Origin: Methanobacteriota archaeon
Lineage (GTDB): Archaea; Thermoplasmatota; Thermoplasmata; SG8-5
Length of the DNA stretch: 64,000 bases
Direction: 5' to 3'
NCBI GenBank assembly: GCA_013791785.1
Contig: VMTD01000047.1
Span: forward strand, 1,704 to 65,703
The notes under the pieces are model-generated. The model had not been told where the DNA came from. It searched no databases and worked only from the letters and a program-made list of their open reading frames with translations. This document shows positions 36,801-44,953 of this stretch, piece after piece. Made by a program: the position numbers and the translations under genes. Position 1 is the stretch's first letter. Every line of letters begins with the position of its first letter.

Positions 36801-37099
36801 AGGTAGTAGCTGGATTGATAGATAAATACCTTAAAGGAGAGCCTGTAGAACGAAAATACGAAGTTACCAGACCATCAATGTTCGTGAAACCTGTTGAATT
36901 AACCGAAGAAGAAGTAGCAGAGGCAAGGCGGCCCCTAATGCGATGCACTCCCATAGAAAACAGAACATGCTCCCTTGACGAAGTGGATTTGGGACTATCT
37001 GAGGAAAATGCGATAAAAGAGGCTAGACGTTGCTTGAGATGCGATCTGGAAACTGAGGAAGGAAAGAAACAATTTGAACCGGCAGAGGAAGTGGCATAA
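33878..37099 (+). CDS. NuoF/HoxF-like (NADH/FMN/4Fe-4S) fused to a GltD/NfnB-like FAD/NAD(P)H domain (1073 aa)
   Basis: N-terminal 2Fe-2S Trx-like (CSGTGC..CHGFCEHGP); GLRGRGGAGFPTGFKWDF; ESCGKCLTCREG; ferredoxin Cys clusters; then GSGPAGLIAGYYL... and GGGNAAVDAAR dinucleotide motifs. Confidence 0.85.
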   Translation: MTAEFKNNDDINKLRNIINKKKDSNKTFITMCSGTGCLASGSGKVTEAFRNSFKKMNLESKVEVKTTGCHGFCEHGPLIVIRPSGIFYHKVTPEDVDEIISETILKSKVVDRLLYVNPSTGEKIIYEKDVPFYNKQMRILFGKNGILDPTSIEEYIGLGGYSASEKVFSRMSSDEIIDEVKKSGLRGRGGAGFPTGFKWDFCKKAKGDMKYIVCNADEGDPGAYMNRSLLEGNPHSVLEGMLIGAFAIGASEGIIYIRHEYPLAVKTIENAMDQMRKYGLLGNNILGSGFNFDIRIVPGAGAFVCGEETALIASIEGKKGEPRQRPPFPAQKGIFGKPTNINNVETWANIPLIINNGAEWFTNIGVEGANGTKIFSLVGKINNTGLVEVPLGTTIREMVYDIGGGIPKGKKFKAIQTGGPSGGCIPENLLSTPIDYVKLAQAGSIMGSGGLVVMDEDTCMVDVAKYFLGFLQEESCGKCLTCREGIERLLEIVTDITEGKGKMSDINLLEELGNVVKDASMCGLGQTAPNSVLSTLRYFMDEYEQHIKYKRCPAVVCKEIISSPCQHVCPIDTEAPLYISLIAEGRYEEAFNVIMKDNPLPSVCARVCSHPCETKCQAGKFSDPISIRGLKRFVTDYAQKNDLKYLPEKQETKKEKIAIIGSGPAGLIAGYYLGMNGYQTTIFESLPVHGGALSVCIPEYRLPQAILEHDIKNITNMGVEIKYNVTVGKDISFEELRKTYQAIFIATGARKSIKLGIPNEDADGVLYSMDFLRDMALGKKINVGSRIGIIGGGNAAVDAARMASRISSIEEASFNAMIDTAGMASRLTDFEEATLIYRRTKSEMPAFEEEIKACLDERVKMQFLTAPKRILVKDGKITGLECLKMELGERDDSGRKRPIPIEGSEFIIELDTLIIAIGERPDLSFLDEIEGFEVNKGDTIKVDTELYTTGIDGVFAGGDVVTGPNTVIEAMGSGKVVAGLIDKYLKGEPVERKYEVTRPSMFVKPVELTEEEVAEARRPLMRCTPIENRTCSLDEVDLGLSEENAIKEARRCLRCDLETEEGKKQFEPAEEVA

Positions 37100-37100
37100 T

Positions 37101-37805
37101 ATGGCATCATTCAGAATTGACGGTTTAGATGTTGAAGCAGAAGAAGGATGGACCATACTGGAAACAGCCAAATTCTATGGGATAGATATACCTACTCTCT
37201 GCCATGATGATGGCCTTACCTCCTATGGGGCTTGCAGATTATGCATAGTTGAAGTGGGCGAAGGAAAAAATGCAAAATTGACCACCTCTTGCACAACGCC
37301 GGCTCAAGAAGGAATCAGAGTCAGAACCCACTCCAGAAGAGTAATGAATGCCAGAAAGATGATTATAGAATTGATGATTGCGCGTGCCTCGGGTTCAAAG
37401 ACACTTCAGGATTTGGCAGTAGAATACGGTGTACAGAGTGTTAGATTTAAACTCAAGCATGATGATTGTATTCTCTGCGGTCTTTGTGTGCGCATGTGCA
37501 AGGAGCAGATGATGTCCGGTGCCATTGATTTTGTCGGTCGTGGCAAGGATAGGCGTATTACGACGGCCTTCGACGAAAAATCGGTAGATTGCCGTTTTTG
37601 CGGCGGTTGCATGTATATTTGCCCGATATGTGAACTCAGATGTCAAGGCCCGGATCCACCCGGGGCCATCTGTGGTAGTTGTCTAAATATGGCACCAACA
37701 TGTCTGGATCATTATGATGATGCGCAATGTTTCATGGCTGAAGATGGCTGTGGAACTTGTGTGAGAGAACCAGCAAAAGAAAAAATAGCAGAAAAGGAGG
37801 AATAA
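37101..37805 (+). CDS. HoxU/NuoG-N-terminal-like 2Fe-2S + 4Fe-4S electron-transfer subunit (track start 37074 is over-extended)
   Basis: Fer2_4-type N-terminus (DIPTLCHDD..GACRLCIVEV..TSC) followed by CILCGLCVRMC and CRFCGGCMYICP. Confidence 0.75.
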   Translation: MASFRIDGLDVEAEEGWTILETAKFYGIDIPTLCHDDGLTSYGACRLCIVEVGEGKNAKLTTSCTTPAQEGIRVRTHSRRVMNARKMIIELMIARASGSKTLQDLAVEYGVQSVRFKLKHDDCILCGLCVRMCKEQMMSGAIDFVGRGKDRRITTAFDEKSVDCRFCGGCMYICPICELRCQGPDPPGAICGSCLNMAPTCLDHYDDAQCFMAEDGCGTCVREPAKEKIAEKEE

Positions 37806-37807
37806 AA

Positions 37808-39391
37808 ATGTCGTTTACAAAAACAAACGCGAGTGCAGCCACCCTATCAAAGAACAGAACACCGGGAACAATAACACATTCCAGCGGGATGTGCGCAACA
37901 TGTGTTGATGGATGTATAGGAATGTGTGAGATAGGAAAATCGGCCTATAGGGGACATGAGGTCATATATCCTCAGCCATTTGGAATAATCACCTCGGCAA
38001 ACGAAAAGGACTACCCTGTAGATATGTCTCATTTCACCATACTTGGCGGCGTCGAAAATCCAAAGGGAATCGAAGCTGATAGTGACAAGGCTCTGTTCTC
38101 CAACGTGAATGTTGAACAAAGAATTGGAAAAGATAAAAAAATCAAGGTCAGAATGCCCATGGTCATTCCCGGGCTTGGTTCAACAGCTATTGCAAAGAAT
38201 AACTGGGAAGGATTGGCAATCGGCGCGGCACTGGCTGGCATCCCCCTTACAATTGGTGAAAATGTTTGCGGAATGGATCCTGAATCTGTAATTGTTAATG
38301 GAAAAGTACAACATTCACCGGAACTCGAATGGCGCGTGAACACCTATAAAAAATGGCAGCAAGACGGGTATGGCGCAATAATTGTTCAGGCCAATGTGGA
38401 AGATACTGCACTGGGAGTGCATGAGTATGCCATTTCAAAATTGGACGTTGATGCAGTCGAACTCAAATGGGGCCAGGGTGCAAAGAACATTGGCGGCGAA
38501 GTGAAAATCTCCAATCTGAAAAAAGCACAAATGCTGAAAGAAAGAGGATATGTAGTAATACCCGATCCAACAGACCCGCATGTTATTGAATCATTTGAAA
38601 AGGGTAATTTCAAGGAGTTTGAAAGACACTCCAGAGTTGGTATGGTGGACGGGGAGGCTTTCATAAACAGAGTTAAAGAACTTAGATCACTAGGAGCAAA
38701 GCATGTTTTCCTGAAAACAGGTGCATACAGGCCACTCGCTTTGGCAACGGCCCTTAAATTAGCATCAAAGGCCGGGATAGATATGCTAACCGTCGATGCC
38801 GCAGGCGGCGGAACCGGTATGAGCCCCTGGAGAATGATGAATGAGTGGGGTATTCCTGAAGTGGAACTCCATTCCATGCTTTACAAATATGTCGATATCC
38901 TTGCCAAGAAGGGCGAGTATATCCCAGATATTGTTGTTGCAGGCGGCTTTACCTTTGAAGACCATATCTTTAAAGGCTTATCAATGGGCGCACCTTATGT
39001 CAAACTGATAGGCATGGCAAGGGGACCTCTCGCAGCCGCTATGGTCGGGAAGACCCTCGGAAAACGCATCAATGAAAATGATATGCCTGTTTATGTAGGC
39101 CGATTTGGAAGTTCGAAAGAAGATGTATTTGTCACGGCTTCCGAAGTCAAACAAAAACTTGGAGAAGAGAAGTTCAAGGAACTTCCAACAGGTGCATTGG
39201 GCCTTTACACATACGTAGAAAGGCTTAATCAAGGGCTTAGGCAAATAATGGCTGGCAGTCGTAAATTCAGCTTAGAACATTTGACACGCGATGATCTTGC
39301 CGCATTGACAAAGGAAGCATCTGAAATTTCTGGAATCCCTTGGGTCATGGACATCGATAAAGATGAGGTCGAAAAATTACTTAACGAATAA
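37808..39391 (+). CDS. glutamate-synthase large-subunit FMN-binding domain homolog (GltB domain 2 / PF01645-like) with an N-terminal Cys cluster (track start 37757 is over-extended)
   Basis: CATCVDGCIGMCE; GltB central-domain-like segments (GAALAGIPLTIGENVCG, VELKWGQGAKNIGGE, DAAGGGTGMSPW, VAGGFTFEDHIFKGLSMGA). Confidence 0.7.
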   Translation: MSFTKTNASAATLSKNRTPGTITHSSGMCATCVDGCIGMCEIGKSAYRGHEVIYPQPFGIITSANEKDYPVDMSHFTILGGVENPKGIEADSDKALFSNVNVEQRIGKDKKIKVRMPMVIPGLGSTAIAKNNWEGLAIGAALAGIPLTIGENVCGMDPESVIVNGKVQHSPELEWRVNTYKKWQQDGYGAIIVQANVEDTALGVHEYAISKLDVDAVELKWGQGAKNIGGEVKISNLKKAQMLKERGYVVIPDPTDPHVIESFEKGNFKEFERHSRVGMVDGEAFINRVKELRSLGAKHVFLKTGAYRPLALATALKLASKAGIDMLTVDAAGGGTGMSPWRMMNEWGIPEVELHSMLYKYVDILAKKGEYIPDIVVAGGFTFEDHIFKGLSMGAPYVKLIGMARGPLAAAMVGKTLGKRINENDMPVYVGRFGSSKEDVFVTASEVKQKLGEEKFKELPTGALGLYTYVERLNQGLRQIMAGSRKFSLEHLTRDDLAALTKEASEISGIPWVMDIDKDEVEKLLNE

Positions 39392-39439
39392 ATTTTCATT
39401 TGTTCAGCGAAGCTATGGAGTCAAGGAGGTATTTGTAAA

Positions 39440-40774
39440 ATGGTAATCGAACAAGTAATCGAAAAGGTTAAAAATCGAGACCCGGACCAGAAAGAATTCC
39501 ACCAGGCTGTATGGGAAGTGCTGGAATCAATCGAACCGGTCCTGAAGAAGAACCCCCAATATATGAAGGCCAAGATTTTAGAACGCATAGTCGAACCCGA
39601 GCGCCAGATAATGTTCCGCGTACCCTGGACCGACGATAAAGGCGAAGTTCAAGTGAACAGGGGCTTCAGGGTCCAGTTCAATAGTGCCATAGGCCCGTAC
39701 AAGGGTGGTCTGCGGTTTCACCCGTCGGTCAATCTTAGCACCATGAAATTCCTGGGTTTCGAGCAAACCTTCAAGAACTCGCTCACAGGTCTACCCATGG
39801 GCGGCGGAAAGGGCGGTTCCGATTTCAATGCAACTGGCAAAAGTGAATCAGAGGTCATGCGTTTTTGCCAGAGCTTCATGATGGAATTGTACCGTCACAT
39901 AGGCCCCGATACTGACGTCCCAGCTGGCGATATCGGAGTCGGAGGCCGCGAGATAGGATACCTGTTCGGCATGTACAAGAAGCTGCAAAATGAATTCACT
40001 GGCGTGCTGACTGGCAAAGGCAGAAATTGGGGCGGGTCCCTTATAAGGCCTGAGGCAACAGGCTTCGGCGTGGTCTATTACACACAGGAAATGCTCCGAA
40101 CCGACAACCTCGACATCAAGGGCAAGACTATTGCGATATCCGGTTTCGGGAACGTGGCCTGGGGAGTAGCCAAGAAATGCGAGATGTTGGGTGCCAAGGT
40201 GGTTACGCTTTCAGGTCCGGACGGATACATCTACGATGAAAATGGCGTAACAGGCGCCAAGGTTGATTATATGCTTCAAATAAGGGCCAGTGGTAACGAT
40301 TGTATCAAAGATTATGCTGACAAGTACGATGTCCCATTCTTCCCAGGCGAAAGGCCGTGGTCCGTGAAATGCGACATAGCGATACCTTGCGCCATCCAGA
40401 ATGAGCTGGGCCTTGATGATGCCAAGAAGATAATTGACAACGGTTGTAAGTATGTTACAGAAGCAGCGAACATGCCTTGCACGGCAGAGGCCGTTGAGTA
40501 CTTGCTGAAGAATGGTGCCATGGTCGCCCCGGCAAAGGCCGCGAATGCGGGCGGCGTGGCGACTTCGGGCCTTGAGATGAGCCAGAACAGCATGCGGCTC
40601 AGCTGGAATGCAGAGGAAGTTGATACACGATTGCACCAGATCATGGTCAACATCTACAAAAACTGCTACGATTCGGCCGAGAAATACGGCCATAAGGGCA
40701 ACCTTATTGTCGGCGCAAACATTGCCGGTTTCGTGAAAGTCGCGGACGCAATGCTTGAGCAGGGCATAGTGTGA
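39440..40774 (+). CDS. gdhA: glutamate dehydrogenase
   Basis: KGGLRFHPSVNLSTMKFLGFEQTFKNSLTGLPMGGGKGG catalytic Lys region; GFGNVAWG Rossmann motif; strong RBS aggaggt. Confidence 0.9.
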   Translation: MVIEQVIEKVKNRDPDQKEFHQAVWEVLESIEPVLKKNPQYMKAKILERIVEPERQIMFRVPWTDDKGEVQVNRGFRVQFNSAIGPYKGGLRFHPSVNLSTMKFLGFEQTFKNSLTGLPMGGGKGGSDFNATGKSESEVMRFCQSFMMELYRHIGPDTDVPAGDIGVGGREIGYLFGMYKKLQNEFTGVLTGKGRNWGGSLIRPEATGFGVVYYTQEMLRTDNLDIKGKTIAISGFGNVAWGVAKKCEMLGAKVVTLSGPDGYIYDENGVTGAKVDYMLQIRASGNDCIKDYADKYDVPFFPGERPWSVKCDIAIPCAIQNELGLDDAKKIIDNGCKYVTEAANMPCTAEAVEYLLKNGAMVAPAKAANAGGVATSGLEMSQNSMRLSWNAEEVDTRLHQIMVNIYKNCYDSAEKYGHKGNLIVGANIAGFVKVADAMLEQGIV

Positions 40775-40810
40775 AAAAGCTGACCTTGCACACATAATGA
40801 AAACTACAAT

Positions 40811-40858
40811 CCCCTGAACCCTTCGGTCAGGGGATTATCTATTCTTTTTCTATTTTTC
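40811..40858 (+). terminator. intrinsic terminator hairpin cccctgaacccttcggtcagggg + T-rich tail after gdhA
   Basis: 7-bp GC-rich stem followed by attatctattctttttctattttt. Confidence 0.5.
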
Positions 40859-43817
40859 TGATCAATCCGGTTCCAGACCTGCCGTCGACCTTTATTTCCA
40901 GTTCGTAAGGCAATTCAACATGGGTAACATATTTGCCTTCGTATTTGGATTTTTGTTGAGTGAGCCAGTCCCATCTAATCTTATTATCTGGTGCATCGAA
41001 AAGAACGCTGAAATACATGATGCCCAGTGATGTGATATTGTGGAAGAAGTGGGTACCATAAGAGGGATCAATTCTGTAATTTTCAAGTTCCACCTCAACC
41101 ATTGCTCTAGCATGCGATATATTGTCCCAAGTCACCGGAACGCCAAGAAACCTATCTCGAGTGCCCCATCTTCCAGGACCTATGAGCAGGTAGGGCCTGT
41201 TTTTGAGGGTTGCGTTCACCCAATCAATCTCGCTCGCTATGTTGAGTGTTTGTGTATTGTCGAATTTTTCAGGGCTGATAAACACCACATCTCTCACACC
41301 TTGGAGGATGCCGTTGCCCATGGCTCTGTTCGAGCAAATGAGAGAATCGTTTATTGCGCAGGGTTCGATTGTGACCATGATTCGTTCTCTGAGTGAGGTT
41401 AGTGGCCTAATCTGAACAGCATGGAATTCCGGTTTTCCGGAATCATCAAACATCATTGCAAATTCCATTTCAACATGTCCGCCCATGCCCCTTGAACCAA
41501 TATTGAGGAGTGTTTTAATAATTTCCAACATGGGGAGCATCTGATACTTTAGAACTCCTGCGAATGTAATTAATTTTAGCCCCTGCCCAGACACACCGTC
41601 CTTCATTCTGGAATCGTTCATATCATATGTGCTGGCAACATAATCCAGTGTTCCATCTGGCTCAGCTTCGGAAATTGGCATGGAGAGCAATGTCGAATAT
41701 GTGTCCATTTTAAGGGCGCATGGCTCTTTTCCCATTTTGAGGGCGAAGAATTGATTCTGAGAATTTTGCATTATCTGCTCAGGTGTTGAGAAACCCAACA
41801 CAATATCTGGATGATTGGGCGAAACAGATAGCACTTTTCCGCCATCCACCACAATGTTTCCCAGGCCAAGGGCCACACTCACTATGCCATCCTCCCTCTT
41901 CAGCGGTGCCACCGGATAGAAATTGTATGACTGGGCAACCCCGGAAAATATAGGATAGAATCGGTCTCCGTAAGTATTTCCAACCATTTTCTGTAAGACA
42001 ATGGCCATTTTTTCTTCCTCACAACTGTGAACGGTAGATTGTATGTATGCTTTTGCAGATTTGAAGAATACCGATGCGTAGACAAGTTTTATAGCATCAC
42101 AGAGCAGATTTAGGCGGGTCTCATCATCCTGACAATTCGGAAGCATATAGGTTGAGTATATGCCTGCGAACGGTTGATTCTGGCTGTCCTCCAGCAGACT
42201 TGAGGAGCGCACTGCCAGAGGTCCTCTGATATGCTCCAGGTATTTTCCCAAGTGCTTGCAGATATCATCGGGTACCATACCCTGCAAGAATAATGTCTTG
42301 ATTTCTTCATCCGTCATATCTGGTTTCATCGCAGCAATCAATCCGTTTTCTTCCATGAATCTGTCGAATATTTCTGTTCCGATGACCAGAGTATCGGGTA
42401 TGCGCACATGACATTGAGTAATCATTTTGTCAATACGTTTATGGGCAAACATTTCAAATAAGAAAGCGAGTCCCCGGCCTTTCCCGCCGAGTGAGCCTCC
42501 TGCCAGCCGTGTGAAAGTTTCCTCGGCATCGAAATTTTGTTGCGAGAAATCCGTTATAACACCTCTTCGTTGAGAGTGATCCAGTTCCCTGAAAGAAGCT
42601 GCAAGGTACTGTCTTATCTCCTCGTCATTCTTGAAGTCAGAAACTTTATTCGGTCTGAGCTTCAGGGCCATGCCTATCTCACCCCTGGCCATGAGCCAGT
42701 TGGAGAAATGATTGGCGTTGGCATGGTAACGGACGGATTCTGCCGGGACCTTTTCCAGTAGATATAGGAATTCCGTCATATCTCTGGCGCTACCGATGAC
42801 TTCACCAGCGGGTGTCCGGAACACGAAATCACCGAACCCGAGCGATTCCTTGAAGAACTTACGAAGGTCATGAAGCAGTTTATCCGACTGCTTTCTTGTG
42901 AATGGAATTTCAAGAGCTTTCGCTTTCGCTTCATGTGCTTCATTCGAAGAATGAATTAGGACAGGAATTCCCTCGTCAAGTTCCTGAATGAGCTGAAATC
43001 CAGCTTCTTCCTCTTCCTGGCCATCTCGATTGAAAGTCACGTCGGTTATGACACCAAAAATATTATCCTTATATTGATTATACTTCTCCATCGCCTCTTC
43101 AAAGTTTTGAGCAATAACGATTTTTGGTCTTGCCCTTTTTCTGAAGGACTTCATATGCTCGTTCAGGCTCTCAGATATGAGGTCATGAGTCTGTAGCATT
43201 ATCTCCTTGTATACAACGGGAAGGAATGTCGAATAGTACCTGGGAGAATCCTCAACAATCAGAAGCACCCGTATAAAGCTATTTTTTGCATCCTGTTCCG
43301 TGTTCATCAAATCTTCTGTGTATTTTGTTATGGCAAATATCAGGGAAGAATCCCCATACCAGTAAAATATCATGTCAATATCCTTGCTCTTGCCAGGTTT
43401 GTTATAAATCGGAATCTCGGCAATATCGGTGAGAAGCAGCATCACGGGTATGCCCTTCTGAATGCTTTTAGCCTCCCTGCCAAATTCAAATGGTTCCATA
43501 TCCACAATCCTGGGCATGGTGACAATCATGTCATAACGTTTTTGTTTCAATTCATTAAGAGCATCCTCGCAGGTTTCAACCCTGGTAATCGTGGGTGGTG
43601 AAGTTGTGAGGGAAAGATCCCTGTAATCTCCCGAAATCTGGTCGGAAAGCAGGCCATCCTCTTCCAGAATAAAAGCATCATATAAGCTGGAGACCAACAA
43701 TATCTTGTGAACACGATGCTTCATCAAATCAGAGAAACTATGAAGAGCAGACTTGAAATCTCCGTTCTGATCATTATTATCATTACTTTTGTTAATTGGT
43801 TTCGTCTGTTCATCCAT
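40839..43817 (-). CDS. 992-aa protein: two receiver-like N-terminal domains + pyruvate phosphate dikinase-type nucleotide-binding (PPDK_N) domain, no swivel phospho-His domain
   Basis: HKILLVSSLYDAF and RVLLIVEDSP receiver-like openings; AGGSLGGKGRGLAFLFEM...RIPDTLVIGTEIFDRF resembles the PPDK/PEP-synthase ATP-grasp N-domain. Confidence 0.55.
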   Translation of the reverse strand: MDEQTKPINKSNDNNDQNGDFKSALHSFSDLMKHRVHKILLVSSLYDAFILEEDGLLSDQISGDYRDLSLTTSPPTITRVETCEDALNELKQKRYDMIVTMPRIVDMEPFEFGREAKSIQKGIPVMLLLTDIAEIPIYNKPGKSKDIDMIFYWYGDSSLIFAITKYTEDLMNTEQDAKNSFIRVLLIVEDSPRYYSTFLPVVYKEIMLQTHDLISESLNEHMKSFRKRARPKIVIAQNFEEAMEKYNQYKDNIFGVITDVTFNRDGQEEEEAGFQLIQELDEGIPVLIHSSNEAHEAKAKALEIPFTRKQSDKLLHDLRKFFKESLGFGDFVFRTPAGEVIGSARDMTEFLYLLEKVPAESVRYHANANHFSNWLMARGEIGMALKLRPNKVSDFKNDEEIRQYLAASFRELDHSQRRGVITDFSQQNFDAEETFTRLAGGSLGGKGRGLAFLFEMFAHKRIDKMITQCHVRIPDTLVIGTEIFDRFMEENGLIAAMKPDMTDEEIKTLFLQGMVPDDICKHLGKYLEHIRGPLAVRSSSLLEDSQNQPFAGIYSTYMLPNCQDDETRLNLLCDAIKLVYASVFFKSAKAYIQSTVHSCEEEKMAIVLQKMVGNTYGDRFYPIFSGVAQSYNFYPVAPLKREDGIVSVALGLGNIVVDGGKVLSVSPNHPDIVLGFSTPEQIMQNSQNQFFALKMGKEPCALKMDTYSTLLSMPISEAEPDGTLDYVASTYDMNDSRMKDGVSGQGLKLITFAGVLKYQMLPMLEIIKTLLNIGSRGMGGHVEMEFAMMFDDSGKPEFHAVQIRPLTSLRERIMVTIEPCAINDSLICSNRAMGNGILQGVRDVVFISPEKFDNTQTLNIASEIDWVNATLKNRPYLLIGPGRWGTRDRFLGVPVTWDNISHARAMVEVELENYRIDPSYGTHFFHNITSLGIMYFSVLFDAPDNKIRWDWLTQQKSKYEGKYVTHVELPYELEIKVDGRSGTGLIRKIEKE

Positions 43818-43900
43818 GATATCGTCAATGATTTACAATATATATGTTTTTATCTTATCTTGGATTCAATCTTCGAGTGCTATTTCTGACTGAATTATAA

Positions 43901-44093
43901 CGTGATAGACCGCCGTGCTTATATGCATGACCTGCCATGCATCGTGTTCATATGCATGACCTGCCATGCATCGTGTACATATACCTGCATATGAAATCAA
44001 AGCTTGTGAGTTTTGATAATTAGGTGCATGGCCCCTCAGGTAAACTTCCAGCCATGGCAACAAACGCCAGCCACTTTACGGGCTGGTAGTTTA
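43901..44093. repeat. repeat family A, copy A5, including a 2x ~29-bp tandem repeat (atatgcatgacctgccatgcatcgtgt)
   Basis: modules cgtgatagaccgccgtgc, gaaatcaaagc...gtgcatggcc and cttccagcc...gccagccactttacgggctggtagtttat. Confidence 0.7.
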
Positions 44094-44289
44094 TGCAATT
44101 CACTATAAAATTACAATGTTTTTGTGATGAGACACCCTAACCAAAGAAAAAGAAAAAAATAGAGGGAGTAATCGTGATAGTACACAATTCTCAGCGCAGT
44201 ATATACCACCTTTCCCGAAATTCTCGATTATGATAATGATGCCTGTCGAACCGGGCTTCACCGGGGTACCGGCCCTACCAACCCAGCGG

Positions 44290-44885
44290 CTGATTCCGGC
44301 CTTCCCGATTCTGTAGCTGCTTCCAGCCAACCCCATCATGCCCCGTCTGAATCGCTCCTCATGTTGTCTGGAGGGCGGGGTATTCGCCATCGAATTTTTC
44401 GAATTCGATGTCGTGTGACCGATTCCCGTATCATCCTTTGGAAACCCCGCCTGACATTCTATCACATTTTATTAGGGCGGGGAGGAGTTTAAACCGGCGT
44501 TCAACCCGGCCATGTAGCTGCTTCCGATTAACTGCCCGAACCCCCCTACCTAGCTGAGCTACGGCGGGGCACCGGCCAACCCGCCACAGGGCCAGTCCCA
44601 GCCTTTTCGGCTACGAAGCTGGTTCCGGCCTTCCCGGTTCCTGTAACCGGTTCCAACGTTCGTTTCTAACACGCTACGCGAAGGATGAACGAATCGCTCC
44701 TTTGCAAGATCCGCGTAATGGGTTTCACCCGGCATGCGATGGCCGGGCGAGTACCTGGCACCCCGCCCTTACGGGCGAGGATTGACAATTGAAGATTGCA
44801 TAATGCATCATTTGTTTGGAAGAATATCACTTGATGCCAGATTAGTATAAAACCCTGCCCTCACAGGCAGGGCATGCTGCTAACA
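44290..44885. repeat. repeat family D, copy D2 (GC-rich ~600 bp, variable middle, ggttcc(g/a)(g/a)cc short direct repeats)
   Basis: conserved ends shared with 28378..28790; internal hairpins ccccgcc..ggcgggg. Confidence 0.7.
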
Positions 44886-44953
44886 GTCTCAATGCTATTC
44901 TAATGTCCTGTCCTTGTATTGAAGACAACCGTCGGGAATCCGGGATTACCGGA

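Noticed and set aside
44103-44465. Track ORF 44103..44465 (-, 120 aa)
   Set aside because: It lies entirely within repeat family D / GC-rich repetitive DNA, and its product is Gly/Arg-rich low complexity.
44460-44790. GC-rich segment considered as SRP RNA, RNase P RNA or a tRNA cluster
   Set aside because: I could not find the conserved SRP helix-8 (GGAAG..AGCAG), RNase P CR-I/CR-V (AGGAAAGTCCGGGC, GGTGAAA) or a tRNA T-loop (GGTTCGAATCC) signature. The segment is part of a two-copy repeat, which housekeeping RNAs usually are not.
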